From Candidatus Limnocylindrales bacterium (lineage in GTDB: Bacteria > Acidobacteriota > Terriglobia > Acidiferrales > UBA7541), in contig DATJWH010000011.1 in NCBI GenBank assembly GCA_035501415.1, forward strand, positions 16,421 to 80,420: 64,000 nucleotides of DNA, given 5' to 3'. Positions 48,677 through 58,363 of the stretch are shown one piece after another; within the stretch, counting starts at the first letter, position 1, and the number at the start of each line of letters is the position of its first letter. Both the position numbers and the translations under genes were made by a program. A model generated the notes under the pieces. It was not told the origin of the DNA. It was given only the letters and a program-made list of their open reading frames with translations, and searched no databases.

Positions 48677-49442
48677 AGACAAAGTGGTGATCGTCACGGG
48701 CGGCGCGAAGGGGATTGGCGCGTCGATCGCGCGCGCATGCGGCGAAGAGGGCGCGATCCCGGTGATTGTGGGGCGCGGAGCAGAGGCGGCCGAGCGATTG
48801 CAATCGGAGCTTCATCGCGGCGGCGCGATGAGCCATTTCATCGAGGCGGAGCTGGCTGAGCCGGCGAATTGCGCGAAGGCGGTGGAGGAAACGATACGGA
48901 CGTTCGGCCATATCGACGCGTTGGTGAACAACGCCGGGCGGAACGATGGAGTGGGATTGGAGCGCGGCGACCCGGAGCGGTTTGTGGCGTCTGTGAAAAG
49001 CAATCTGGTGCATTACTACGCGATGGCGCATTACGCCCTGCCGTACCTGAAGCGGAGCCGGGGAAGCATCGTCAACATAAGTTCGAAGGTGGCCGTGACG
49101 GGGCAGGGCGGGACGTCCGGCTACGCCGCGTCGAAGGGCGGAATTTTCGCGTTGACGCGCGAGTGGGCGGCGGAGCTGCTGCCGTACGGCATCCGCGTGA
49201 ACAACGTGGTGCCCGCCGAGGTGATGACGCCGCTCTACGAATCGTGGCTGAAGACATTTCCGAATCCGCAGGAAAAGCTGAACACGATTCTCACGAAGAT
49301 TCCCTTCGAGAAGCGAATGACGAAAGGCGAGGAAATCGCGGCGATGACGGTGTTCCTGATTTCCGCCCAGTCGGAACATACGACGGGCCAGCATGTTTAT
49401 GTCGACGGCGGTTACGTGCATCTGGATCGCGCTCTCACGTAG
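48660..49442 (+). CDS. SDR-family oxidoreductase (second copy)
   Basis: VTGGAKGIG, NNAG, YAASK. 17-nt overlap with the lactonase gene. Confidence 0.8.
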   Translation: MDLQLKDKVVIVTGGAKGIGASIARACGEEGAIPVIVGRGAEAAERLQSELHRGGAMSHFIEAELAEPANCAKAVEETIRTFGHIDALVNNAGRNDGVGLERGDPERFVASVKSNLVHYYAMAHYALPYLKRSRGSIVNISSKVAVTGQGGTSGYAASKGGIFALTREWAAELLPYGIRVNNVVPAEVMTPLYESWLKTFPNPQEKLNTILTKIPFEKRMTKGEEIAAMTVFLISAQSEHTTGQHVYVDGGYVHLDRALT

Positions 49443-49466
49443 CGCACGGCGCACCCGCGGAGACTC

Positions 49467-50762
49467 ATGGCCAAACGATCGTCGCCCCTTACCGAACGGC
49501 AATATGTGGTGCCGCTGGTTCTCGTCACCAGCCTTTTCTTCCTCTGGGCGCTGGGCGTCAACCTGAACGACATTCTGATTCCGCAGTTCAAGAAAGCGTT
49601 CCGGCTGACGGATTTTCAGTCGTCGCTCATCCAGTCTGCGTTTTTCGGCGCGTACTTTCTGGCCGCGTTTCCGGCCGGGCGGCTGATGGAGCGAATCGGG
49701 TACAAGAAGGGAATTCTGGTCGGGCTGCTGACGTGCGCGTTCGGCGCGTTCCTCTTCATTCCCGCCTCGACGGTGCGGCTCTACGTCTTTTTTCTTGCAG
49801 CGCTTTTCATCATGGCGTGCGGGCAAAGCGTCTTGGAAGTTGCCGCCAATCCCTATGTGACGATTCTCGGTCCGCCTGAAACGTCGGAGCTGCGGCTGAA
49901 TCTGGCGCAATCGTTCAACGCAGTGGGCGCGGTGGTGACGCCGATCATCGGGCGGACATTCATTCTTTCGGGCGTGGAATATTCGAGCGCGGCGCTGGCG
50001 GCGATGAGCACCGAGCAGTGGCGGGCGTATTCGGCTTCGGAAGCGGCGCGCGTGCGGGGGCCGTATCTCGCGATCACCGGACTGTTTCTGCTGGTGGCGG
50101 CGCTGATTTATTTTTCGAAGCTGCCGGAAATTCGCGGGCACGCCGAGCAGGCGGCCGAGGGTTCGGAGCCCGCGAAGCAGGAGCTGCGGCATATTTTGCG
50201 GTATCCGCATCTGGTGAAGGGCGTAGTGGCTCAATTTTTTTATGTGGGCGCGCAAGTGGGAGTGACGAGCTTCGTGATTCGCTTCGTGCAGCACGCAGCG
50301 CCGGGGACTCCCGAGAGGAGCGCGGCGGACTTTTTGAAGTGGCATCTGGTGGGATTCATGGTGGGCCGCTTCGCGGGGTCGGGAATGATGAAGAAAATTG
50401 CGCCGCCGAAGCTGTTGGCGCTTTTCGCGGGGGCGGCGTTCGCGTGCACGGTGGTGGCGGTGACGACGACGGGGTCGGCGCCGATCTGGGCCGTGGTGCT
50501 GATCGGCTTCTTCCACTCGATCATGTTCCCGACGATCTTTGCGCTGAGCCTGAAGAACCTGGGGCCGTACACGAAGCTGGGATCCTCGCTGCTGGTTATG
50601 TCGATCATCGGAGGCGCGATTTGCCCGGCGATCATGGGGTATATCTCCGACTTGAGCTCGATCCGGGCGGCCTTTGTGGTGCCGCTGGTGTGCTACGCGT
50701 ATGTGTTTTACTTTGGGAGCCGCGGGTACCGGCCGGGGGCGCAGGCGCAGCCGGTGGCATAG
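49467..50762 (+). CDS. fucP: MFS L-fucose:H+ symporter-family permease
   Basis: 431 aa, 12 TM helices. FucP-like N-terminus VPLVLVTSLFFLWALGVNLNDILIPQFKKAF. Confidence 0.8.
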   Translation: MAKRSSPLTERQYVVPLVLVTSLFFLWALGVNLNDILIPQFKKAFRLTDFQSSLIQSAFFGAYFLAAFPAGRLMERIGYKKGILVGLLTCAFGAFLFIPASTVRLYVFFLAALFIMACGQSVLEVAANPYVTILGPPETSELRLNLAQSFNAVGAVVTPIIGRTFILSGVEYSSAALAAMSTEQWRAYSASEAARVRGPYLAITGLFLLVAALIYFSKLPEIRGHAEQAAEGSEPAKQELRHILRYPHLVKGVVAQFFYVGAQVGVTSFVIRFVQHAAPGTPERSAADFLKWHLVGFMVGRFAGSGMMKKIAPPKLLALFAGAAFACTVVAVTTTGSAPIWAVVLIGFFHSIMFPTIFALSLKNLGPYTKLGSSLLVMSIIGGAICPAIMGYISDLSSIRAAFVVPLVCYAYVFYFGSRGYRPGAQAQPVA

Positions 50763-50810
50763 AGAGCAAGGAAGTACGAAGACTGGATGAGAAAAAAAAG
50801 GCCCGGGTTT

Positions 50811-50888
50811 TGTATAGATTAGAAAAATGTAAGTGGCTGATTCGGCGTGGGTTGCGGCGATTTCTAATCTTCGGTGTATAGATTAGAA
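50811..50888. repeat. 14-bp direct repeat pair plus inverted copy in an AT-rich spacer
   Basis: TGTATAGATTAGAA occurs at 50811-50824 and 50875-50888. The inverted copy TTTCTAATCT at 50861-50870 forms a 9-bp/9-nt-loop palindrome with the second repeat. Confidence 0.6.
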
Positions 50889-51273
50889 TTTTGGTGGAAA
50901 GCGCCCGGCGGTTGGGAGGAGAGGGTCGCCGGAGCATCCGATTTGTGTCCTCTAGTCTCTCATTTTCCTACTGACACTATTTTATCATGCGTGGCAACTT
51001 GACACGTGTGCTCCAAGCCTGCAAACCACAGGAAGGATTGGAGTTACGAAATTGTGGTTTGTGGTCAGGAACCGAGGGAAATTGAAGAAAAATGAAAAAA
51101 GTTTGGAGATTTTTTGGGAACCACGACGCTAGAGGCAGCTGCAAAGAGAAGAGAGATCCCCGCCTGCGGCAGGCAGGCCTCCGCTGCGTCCCGCGACCGC
51201 GCTGCACGCGGGAAGAAACGAAGACGCGGGACTTCGGTCGGATGACAAGCTCCACGTGTTCGGTGCGGCCTGT

Positions 51274-54120
51274 CTAGGCGGGGAGAAGGAGAGCGACGGG
51301 GAACGCGTCGAAGGCGTCGCCGAGAGACAGGCGGCCGTTGACCGAAGAGATTGCGGCGGCATCTCTGCCGGCGAGGGCGTTGATCCAGTTCGACGGCGCG
51401 TTGGGCGGCAGCGTGAGCGCCGTATCCTGCCAGAACTTGCGGCGGCCTTCGCCGATGACAGGAGCCGCCACGCTCGCGACACATCGCGGAAATGCAACAA
51501 CGGCCCAGCTGAATTCGTGGGAACGCGCGAAAGCGATGGCGCGTTCGCGATGCTCGCCATGGAGCTCAAGCGGATGATAGCCGCCAACGGAGAAAAGGTC
51601 CGCGTTGCGGCGGCGAGCATTCAAGACGCGAGCGAGGACGTGGAGTTTCACGCGGCCATCGGGCCAGGATGCGAGAAGCGCCTGAGCGTGGCGGGCGCAA
51701 TCGCGATCGGGCGCGCCGAGAAGAGAATCGAGAGCGGCGACGCGCGCTGAGAAATCGATAGGGCCACGATTATCGGGATCGACGAGGCGAAAATCCCAGA
51801 GTTCTGAGCCCTGATAGCAGTCCGGCACGCCGGGACAGGCGACGCGGAGCACGGTCTGGGCAAGCCCATTCAACATTCCATAGAGTGCAGTGCGCTGCTG
51901 GAAGGCGTCAAAGGCGACGCAGAATGCGGAATTTTCGCGGCGATCGAGAACGGCCGCAACGAAATCGCGGAGAGCGGCTTCGTGCGGGGGATTGGGTCGC
52001 GACCAGCGAGTGTGGACCTTGGCCTCGCGCGTTGCTTTGACGAGGTAATCCTGGAGACGCGGGACGAGCGAGGGCCAATCGGCTTCAGCGAGAGGCCACG
52101 TGCCGATGAGCGTCTGATAGAAAAGATATTCTTCGTTGCGGTCGGGAACGTGGCGGCCGTCGACGCGCGCGACGTGGCGCTCATTGCTGGCGGACCATTC
52201 GCGCATGGCGCGCTCCCAATCTTCGGGAATTTCGGAAAGGACGGCGATGCGCGCACGCGTGTCTTCGGAGCGCTTCGTGTCGTGGGTGGTGGTGGCGTTC
52301 ATGCTGTGAGGCCAGGCAGCCTGGCGCTGGGCGACGAAAGCATGGAAGGAAAGAGGGTCGCAATCGATGCCGCGCGGGTCGCCGCCAACTTCATTGAGCG
52401 AGGCGAGAGGGAAGTAGACGTATAGCGCCGTATCCTCGAAGCCCTTGGCCATGATGGAGCCGGTGAATTGCTGCCAGCGCGTGACGAAGGCGAGGCGCGC
52501 TTCGCGCTGGTCCGGGCGAACATGCTGGGGAGCGGCGAGGAGAAGCACGTCGGACAGAAAATCGAAGCAAACAGAAGGGACCGAAGGGCCGCGAACGCGA
52601 GCAGCGGCGATGGCGCCGGACAACGCTTTACGGTCGGCCTCGGGAACGTCGAGAGTCTGAATGTAGGTGCGGTAGACGCCGAGGCAGGCGGTGACTTCGA
52701 TGAGAGCGTCGGTGAGGGCGGCGGGATCGAATTCGCGGGCGTAGCGGTCGTCGGATGCAAGTTCGGCGAGGGCGCGTCCAAGAGCGCGCATTTCGACGGC
52801 GAGCAGCACGCGCATGACGAACCGCTTCTTCTGGTAGACGATGTCGTCGAAATTGGACTGGGCGCCGGTCCAGCGTGAATAGAAGTCAACCAGGGTCGCG
52901 ATACGACGCTCATCGACGAGGAGGCGATTGGCGAAATTGAGGTAATCATAGCCAGTGGTGCCGTCGATGGGCCAATCGGAGGGGAGCGATTCGTGGCGCT
53001 CGAGAATTTTTTCGACGACGAGGTAGCCGGCGGCGTGGTCCGGGTCGCGCTGGGCAAGAAGTTCGCGAAGGCGGTTCAGGTAGCCGCGGGGATCGCGGAG
53101 GCCGTCGATGTGGTCGATGCGAAGGCCGGTGGAATGCGGATCGAAGGCGAGGCGGATGATGGGTTCGTGGGTGGCCGCGAAGACGGAGGGATCTTCCACG
53201 CGCACGCCGACGAGGTCAGTGATCGAGAAGAAACGGCGATAGTTGATGGCGTCGCTGGCGGTTTGCCAGAAGGCGAGACGATAGTGCTGGGCAGCGAGAA
53301 TGCGCTCGAGGCCGAAGAAGCTGCGAGGATCGCCGGCGACACCGTTGACAGAGCGAAGCGCGGCTTCGAGAAACGCAGCAATTTCCGGGGAGGCGGCCAG
53401 CAACTGGCGGAGGCGTTCGCGGACGCGGTCGAATTTCGTGCGGCGCTCCGCGGCGGCCTGCGCGCCGGGGGTGCGATCGGAAGCAAGGGCCTCGGCGGCG
53501 GCGGCGATGCCGCGCCATTCGTGAGCGGCGGGAGAATCGCTTTCGACGGCGTCGCGCAAATCGACTTCGGCGTAGCGCAGGATCGAGGCATAGGATTCCG
53601 GCGCGATGGGGAAGATCTGCTCGCCGAAGCGGAGGCGGAAGGAACCGTCGTCGAATTCGATTTGAAACTCGCCGGCATCGAGTGCTTCGCCGAAAGGCTT
53701 GTCGAGAAATGGGAGAAGAATCTTGTTTTCGAGATCGCGCGAGGGGGGACGCCAGTTGACGTCGAAATAGGACGCGAAGGGAGATTCGGGGCCGAATTCG
53801 AGGACGTCCATCCACCAGTGATTTTCGCTGCTGGCGGCCATGTGGTTGGGGACGATGTCGAGGAGCAGGCCCATGCCGCGGGCGTCGAGGGCTTCGCGAA
53901 AGGCGATGAAGGTTTCCTCGCCGCCGAGATCGGGATCGATGCGCGTGGGATCGGTGACGTCGTAGCCGTGGCCGCTGCCGCGACGACTGGTGAGAATCGG
54001 CGAGGCGTAAACGTGGGAGATGCCGAGGCCGCGAAGGTAGTCGAGGATGCCGATGGCGTCGCGAAAGCCGAAGTTCGAGCTGAACTGGAGGCGATAGGTG
54101 GCGAGCGGACGCGAGGTCAT
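51274..54120 (-). CDS. treY: malto-oligosyltrehalose synthase
   Basis: Start ATG 54120 (MTSRPLATYRLQF) overlaps the stop of the GH57 gene (ATGA). GISHVYASPIL, DIVPNHMA. Confidence 0.88.
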   Translation of the reverse strand: MTSRPLATYRLQFSSNFGFRDAIGILDYLRGLGISHVYASPILTSRRGSGHGYDVTDPTRIDPDLGGEETFIAFREALDARGMGLLLDIVPNHMAASSENHWWMDVLEFGPESPFASYFDVNWRPPSRDLENKILLPFLDKPFGEALDAGEFQIEFDDGSFRLRFGEQIFPIAPESYASILRYAEVDLRDAVESDSPAAHEWRGIAAAAEALASDRTPGAQAAAERRTKFDRVRERLRQLLAASPEIAAFLEAALRSVNGVAGDPRSFFGLERILAAQHYRLAFWQTASDAINYRRFFSITDLVGVRVEDPSVFAATHEPIIRLAFDPHSTGLRIDHIDGLRDPRGYLNRLRELLAQRDPDHAAGYLVVEKILERHESLPSDWPIDGTTGYDYLNFANRLLVDERRIATLVDFYSRWTGAQSNFDDIVYQKKRFVMRVLLAVEMRALGRALAELASDDRYAREFDPAALTDALIEVTACLGVYRTYIQTLDVPEADRKALSGAIAAARVRGPSVPSVCFDFLSDVLLLAAPQHVRPDQREARLAFVTRWQQFTGSIMAKGFEDTALYVYFPLASLNEVGGDPRGIDCDPLSFHAFVAQRQAAWPHSMNATTTHDTKRSEDTRARIAVLSEIPEDWERAMREWSASNERHVARVDGRHVPDRNEEYLFYQTLIGTWPLAEADWPSLVPRLQDYLVKATREAKVHTRWSRPNPPHEAALRDFVAAVLDRRENSAFCVAFDAFQQRTALYGMLNGLAQTVLRVACPGVPDCYQGSELWDFRLVDPDNRGPIDFSARVAALDSLLGAPDRDCARHAQALLASWPDGRVKLHVLARVLNARRRNADLFSVGGYHPLELHGEHRERAIAFARSHEFSWAVVAFPRCVASVAAPVIGEGRRKFWQDTALTLPPNAPSNWINALAGRDAAAISSVNGRLSLGDAFDAFPVALLLPA

Positions 54121-56549
54121 GAGCTGGGTCCTCGAATGCGGAGGCGCTCGCGGACGGCGTTGAGCTCGCGAGTCCATTCTTCGCGAAGAGATGCGTCGCC
54201 AGGATTGGCGGCAGGATCGAGACGCGGAAGATCGGCGCGCGTGAGAGGCGCGAAGCAGAGATTCTGAACCTCCCAGAGAGTGACGGGGCTCGGCAGCGCG
54301 ACGGCGATGTCGAGCATGGAGTGAAGGCGCTTGAGGGCGTCGAGGCTCTCGGGATGTTCGGCGAAGACGGCGGCCTGCGCCTCGAGGCGTTTGCGCATGG
54401 CGTATTCGAGAGTGGTGGCGTCGAGCGTGACGCGAGTCGTGCGCGCTTCGCGGAGGAGGCTGTCGACGGATGCGGCGTCCAGATCAGGGCGCTCCAGGGC
54501 CTGGATCAACTGGCTATTGAGCGCAATGCCCGCGACGGAGAGAAGAGCGCCGGGCACGGGAATACCGAGGGCGCTGAGAAAACGCATGAGGGCCGCCTGA
54601 TTTTCGTAGATGCCGCGAAACGAGGCAGAGATGGAGCCGAGCATGTCCTGCAAAATCAGGTTGACGATGTGGCGCTGCTCATCGCGGAAGAGAGAGCCGA
54701 GCGAAAATGTGCTCTTGAACTGCTCGTCGAGGATGCGAATTACCTCGGCGATGTCCGCGCGCGGAAAAGCGGCGCCGACCTTCTGCCCCAGTTCCTGAAA
54801 ACGAGACTCATCCTCGAAGCGGCGGACGCCGCCCGTAATGTTGTGATCGCCGAGATGCAGGACGCCGAAGCTGAGAGTGTCCTCCTCGGTGGTGATGTTG
54901 GATTTAACGAGTGCGCGGCCGATTGCGAGCCGAACCCGGCCTTCGGCTTCAACGCTGTATTCCTGGCGGTCGACGGTGTAGCAATAGATTTTGGTCTTCT
55001 CGCCGTAATTTTCGAAGAGCGAGCTGACGGCATAGTGGCCCGCGACCTTTTCCATGGTGACGACGGAGGGCGTGACCCACTTCTTGTAGATTTCCTCGCC
55101 GTCGCGATGTTCGGCGATATTGCTCTTCGCTTCGCGGAGCCGTTCGGCGAATTGCGACTCGAGATCGGCTCCGGTGATCTCGCGAGCAAGCTGAATCGCG
55201 CGCCCCGCATACTGAATCACCTGAACGGTTTCGAGGCCGGAAAGCTCGTCGAAGAACCAGCCGCAACTGGTGTACATCAGCATCGCGTTGCGCTGCATTT
55301 CGAGCAGCTTCAGCGCGCGGACGCGCTCTTCGTGATTCAAATCGCTTGTGGCGTGTTCCTTGAAGAAGGCGTCGAGACTCGCGCCGGATCGGTCGAGGAC
55401 CACGCTGATATAGCCGTTGCGTGCAGCCCATGGATCCTTGAGCAGACCCGCGGAGCGCTCCTCGAAAGCGCCGGCGAGCGAATCGCGCAGCCAATCGAGA
55501 GAAGCGCGAAGAGGAGCGCGCCACTCCTGGTTCCATTCAGGATGACCGCCGGAATTGCAGCCACAATTCGATTTCCATCGCTCGACGCCATGGACGCAGC
55601 TCCAGGAACTGTTGTCGATGATCTCGACCCAATGATCCGGCGGATAAAGTTCGAGGAAGTGTCCGTAATTGCTGAGCTGAGCCTCGCCGCCGGTTTCAAT
55701 GCGGTGAAGCGCATAGGCGAGAGCCATTTCACCATGGCGGTGATGATGGCCATAGCTCTCGCCATCGGTGGCGATGTGGGAGAGCTGCGGCCACGTCCGC
55801 TCGGTGGAAAATCCGCCGAGCAGGCGTTCCGCGAAGCGATTTCCATCGTCGAGCAAGCCTTCGAACGCGACCGCCTGCGAGATGGGACCGTCGTAGAAGA
55901 AGACTGAGATGGTTTTCTTCGATGGCAGGCGGACCTGATAGGCGCGGCTGGGATCGATACGAGCGCCGGAAACGTCCTTCCAGGTGCGGCCGTTATTGCG
56001 GCGAACGCGCTTGGCCTGCGAGGGAGCGAGAATCGTGAAGCGGATGCCGTGATTCGCGAGGACTTCGAGCGTCGCGGTATCGACGGCGGTTTCCGGCAGC
56101 CACATGCCTTCCGGCTGGCGTCCGAAGCGCGCGACGAAATCGCGAATGCCCCAGATGACCTGCGTTTCCTTATCGCGAGGATGAGCGAGGGGAAGAATCA
56201 TGTGGTTGTAGCCCTGCGCGATTGCGGAGCCGTGCCCGCCGTAACGCTCGCGGCTGAGCTGGTCGGCGCGCTGAATCGCTTCGAGGACGCGGCGCGCGTT
56301 CTGCTCCATCCAAACGAGAAGAGTGGGGCCGAAATTGAAGCTGATCCGGGAGTAGTTGTTGACGATCTCGACGATGCGCTGCTGCTCATCGAGAAGGCGG
56401 GCGGTGGCGTTGGGGGCGTAGCACTCGGCGGTGATGCGCTCGTTCCAATCGTGATACGGGTACGCGGAGTCCTGCAGCTCGATGGCTTCTAGGGAGGGAT
56501 TCTCCCGCGGCGGCTGATAGAAATGGCCGTGGATACAGACGTAGTTCAT
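54117..56549 (-). CDS. glycoside hydrolase family 57 protein with long C-terminal (DUF3536-like) extension
   Basis: MNYVCIHGHFYQPPREN GH57 N-terminal signature. 810 aa. ATGA-coupled to both treZ and treY. Confidence 0.8.
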   Translation of the reverse strand: MNYVCIHGHFYQPPRENPSLEAIELQDSAYPYHDWNERITAECYAPNATARLLDEQQRIVEIVNNYSRISFNFGPTLLVWMEQNARRVLEAIQRADQLSRERYGGHGSAIAQGYNHMILPLAHPRDKETQVIWGIRDFVARFGRQPEGMWLPETAVDTATLEVLANHGIRFTILAPSQAKRVRRNNGRTWKDVSGARIDPSRAYQVRLPSKKTISVFFYDGPISQAVAFEGLLDDGNRFAERLLGGFSTERTWPQLSHIATDGESYGHHHRHGEMALAYALHRIETGGEAQLSNYGHFLELYPPDHWVEIIDNSSWSCVHGVERWKSNCGCNSGGHPEWNQEWRAPLRASLDWLRDSLAGAFEERSAGLLKDPWAARNGYISVVLDRSGASLDAFFKEHATSDLNHEERVRALKLLEMQRNAMLMYTSCGWFFDELSGLETVQVIQYAGRAIQLAREITGADLESQFAERLREAKSNIAEHRDGEEIYKKWVTPSVVTMEKVAGHYAVSSLFENYGEKTKIYCYTVDRQEYSVEAEGRVRLAIGRALVKSNITTEEDTLSFGVLHLGDHNITGGVRRFEDESRFQELGQKVGAAFPRADIAEVIRILDEQFKSTFSLGSLFRDEQRHIVNLILQDMLGSISASFRGIYENQAALMRFLSALGIPVPGALLSVAGIALNSQLIQALERPDLDAASVDSLLREARTTRVTLDATTLEYAMRKRLEAQAAVFAEHPESLDALKRLHSMLDIAVALPSPVTLWEVQNLCFAPLTRADLPRLDPAANPGDASLREEWTRELNAVRERLRIRGPSS

Positions 56550-58363
56550 TCTGCCGCCTCGCTATTCGACGCGAACACGAGAAACGAACGGCGCTCGAAT
56601 GGGAAGTTATCGAGTGCAACCGACGCGGGGCGGGCGAGCGCATTCGTCGCGCTGAATTCGGAGGAGTTGAGGATCAGCGAACACTCGCCGATGCCGGGCT
56701 GCAACGAAATGCGTGCGGGCTCGTCTCCGAAGTAGAAAACGGCGGCGAGGGAGGAGACCGCGGAGCGATAGGAGAGAGTGAGGGTGTGGTGAGCGGCGTC
56801 GCAGCGGACGTCGGGCTTTTGCCCGGCGAGCGCAAACTTTTTTCGCAGCGAGATGAGCCGCTTGTAGAGCGCCCAGATGGTTGCATGGGGTTCGCGGTGA
56901 CGCTGCTCGTAATCGAGAATGCAGCGGCGGAAGGTGGCTTCGTCCTGCGGATCGGGGATTTCACCGGTCCAGCCGAAGGCGGCAAACTCGGCGCGGCGTC
57001 CGCGGCGAACGGCGTCAGCGAGGGCGGGATCGGTGTGGCTGGTGAAGTAGAGGAAAGGGCGCGTCTCGCCGTATTCCTCCCCCATGAAGAGCAGAGGGAC
57101 GAAAGGCGCGAGCAGGGTGACGCCAGCGGCGAGCTTGATGCTTTCGAAGTCGGTGATTTGAGCGAGGCGGTCACCGAGGGCGCGATTGCCAACTTGATCG
57201 TGATTCTGGCTGAAGACGACGAAGCGCTCGTTGGGGATTCCGGCAGGCGAATTGCCGTGGACGCGGCGACGGTAGCGCGAATGCTGGCCGGAGTAGCGCC
57301 AACCTTCGCGGAAGACGACGCAGAGATCCTCGAGGGAGCCGAAATCCTGATAGTAGCCGGCGGTTTCGTGAGTGAGAAGAGTGTGGAGCGAGTGGTGAAA
57401 GTCGTCGGTCCACTGCGCGTCGAGCGCATAGCCGCCGCGATCGGGCGAGTGCAGGAGGCGGGAATCGTTGAGGTCGCTTTCGGCGATGACGTGGAGCGGG
57501 CGCTGCAGGCGCGCGGAGAGAGTCGAGACGCGCTCGGCGATTTCGGCGAGGATGTGGTGCGCGCTGAAATCGAAGATGCCGTGAACGGCGTCGAGGCGGA
57601 GCGCGTCGATGTGAAATTCCTCGAGCCAATAGAGCGCGTTCTGAACGAAGAAATTGCGGACCGGATCGCTATCGGCCTCGTCGAAATTGACGGCCTGTCC
57701 CCACGGCGTGTGATAGCGATCCGTGAAAAATGGACCGAAGGCGCCGAGATAATTGCCCTCGGGGCCGAGATGGTTGTAGACAACATCGAGGACGACGGAG
57801 AGGCCGCGGGCGTGAGCGGCGTCAACGAACTGCTGAAGGCCGGCGGGGCCGCCGTATGAATTTTGAACGGCGAAGGGATAGGCGCCGTCGTAGCCCCAGT
57901 TGCGGCGCCCGGGAAACTGAGCGACAGGCATGAGCTCGACGGCGGTGATGCCGAGATCGACGAGAGCATCGAGGCGGGAGATGGCGCCGGCGAACGTGCC
58001 GTCCGCGGTGAAAGTGCCGACATGCAGCTCGTAAATGATGAGGTCGCGGAGGGCGTGGCCCTTGAAGGCGGAGTCAGTCCAGCGAAACGCGCGCGTGTCG
58101 ACAACTTCGGAAGCGGCGTGGATGCCGTCCGGCTGGAAGCGCGACGCGGGATCGGGAAGCTCGCGGCCGTCGGGGAAGCGGAAGAGGTAGCGGGTTCCGG
58201 CGGGAGCGTCGATTTCAGCGGTGTGAAATCCACAGTGGAAATTCATGGGGACGACTTGCTTGCGGTCGAGGCCGACGACGAGAGACAGGTGGGGGACCGC
58301 GGGAGCCCACGCGACAAAGCGACAACGATGATCGGGAAGCAGAACTGCTCCCAAAGATTCCAT
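56546..58363 (-). CDS. treZ: malto-oligosyltrehalose trehalohydrolase
   Basis: GH13 regions IYELHVGTFT, LDVVYNHLGPEGNYL, DALRLDAVH, FSQNHDQVGNR. 605 aa. Confidence 0.88.
   Translation of the reverse strand: MESLGAVLLPDHRCRFVAWAPAVPHLSLVVGLDRKQVVPMNFHCGFHTAEIDAPAGTRYLFRFPDGRELPDPASRFQPDGIHAASEVVDTRAFRWTDSAFKGHALRDLIIYELHVGTFTADGTFAGAISRLDALVDLGITAVELMPVAQFPGRRNWGYDGAYPFAVQNSYGGPAGLQQFVDAAHARGLSVVLDVVYNHLGPEGNYLGAFGPFFTDRYHTPWGQAVNFDEADSDPVRNFFVQNALYWLEEFHIDALRLDAVHGIFDFSAHHILAEIAERVSTLSARLQRPLHVIAESDLNDSRLLHSPDRGGYALDAQWTDDFHHSLHTLLTHETAGYYQDFGSLEDLCVVFREGWRYSGQHSRYRRRVHGNSPAGIPNERFVVFSQNHDQVGNRALGDRLAQITDFESIKLAAGVTLLAPFVPLLFMGEEYGETRPFLYFTSHTDPALADAVRRGRRAEFAAFGWTGEIPDPQDEATFRRCILDYEQRHREPHATIWALYKRLISLRKKFALAGQKPDVRCDAAHHTLTLSYRSAVSSLAAVFYFGDEPARISLQPGIGECSLILNSSEFSATNALARPASVALDNFPFERRSFLVFASNSEAAE

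Noticed and set aside
48501-50516. 671-aa minus-strand ORF
   Set aside because: Antisense shadow of the SDR and fucP genes. It has extreme Arg/His/Pro composition.
51092-51277. 61-aa ORF MKKVWRFFGNHDARGSCKEK... proposed as a confident gene
   Set aside because: It is kept only as part of the spacer finding. It is basic and Cys-rich, has no recognisable family, overlaps the treY 3' end, and could be chance.
52993-55907. Plus-strand ORFs of 424 aa (52993..54267) and 528 aa (54321..55907)
   Set aside because: They lie antisense to treY and the GH57 gene. Their Gly/Ala/Glu/Arg-rich products have no recognisable domains.
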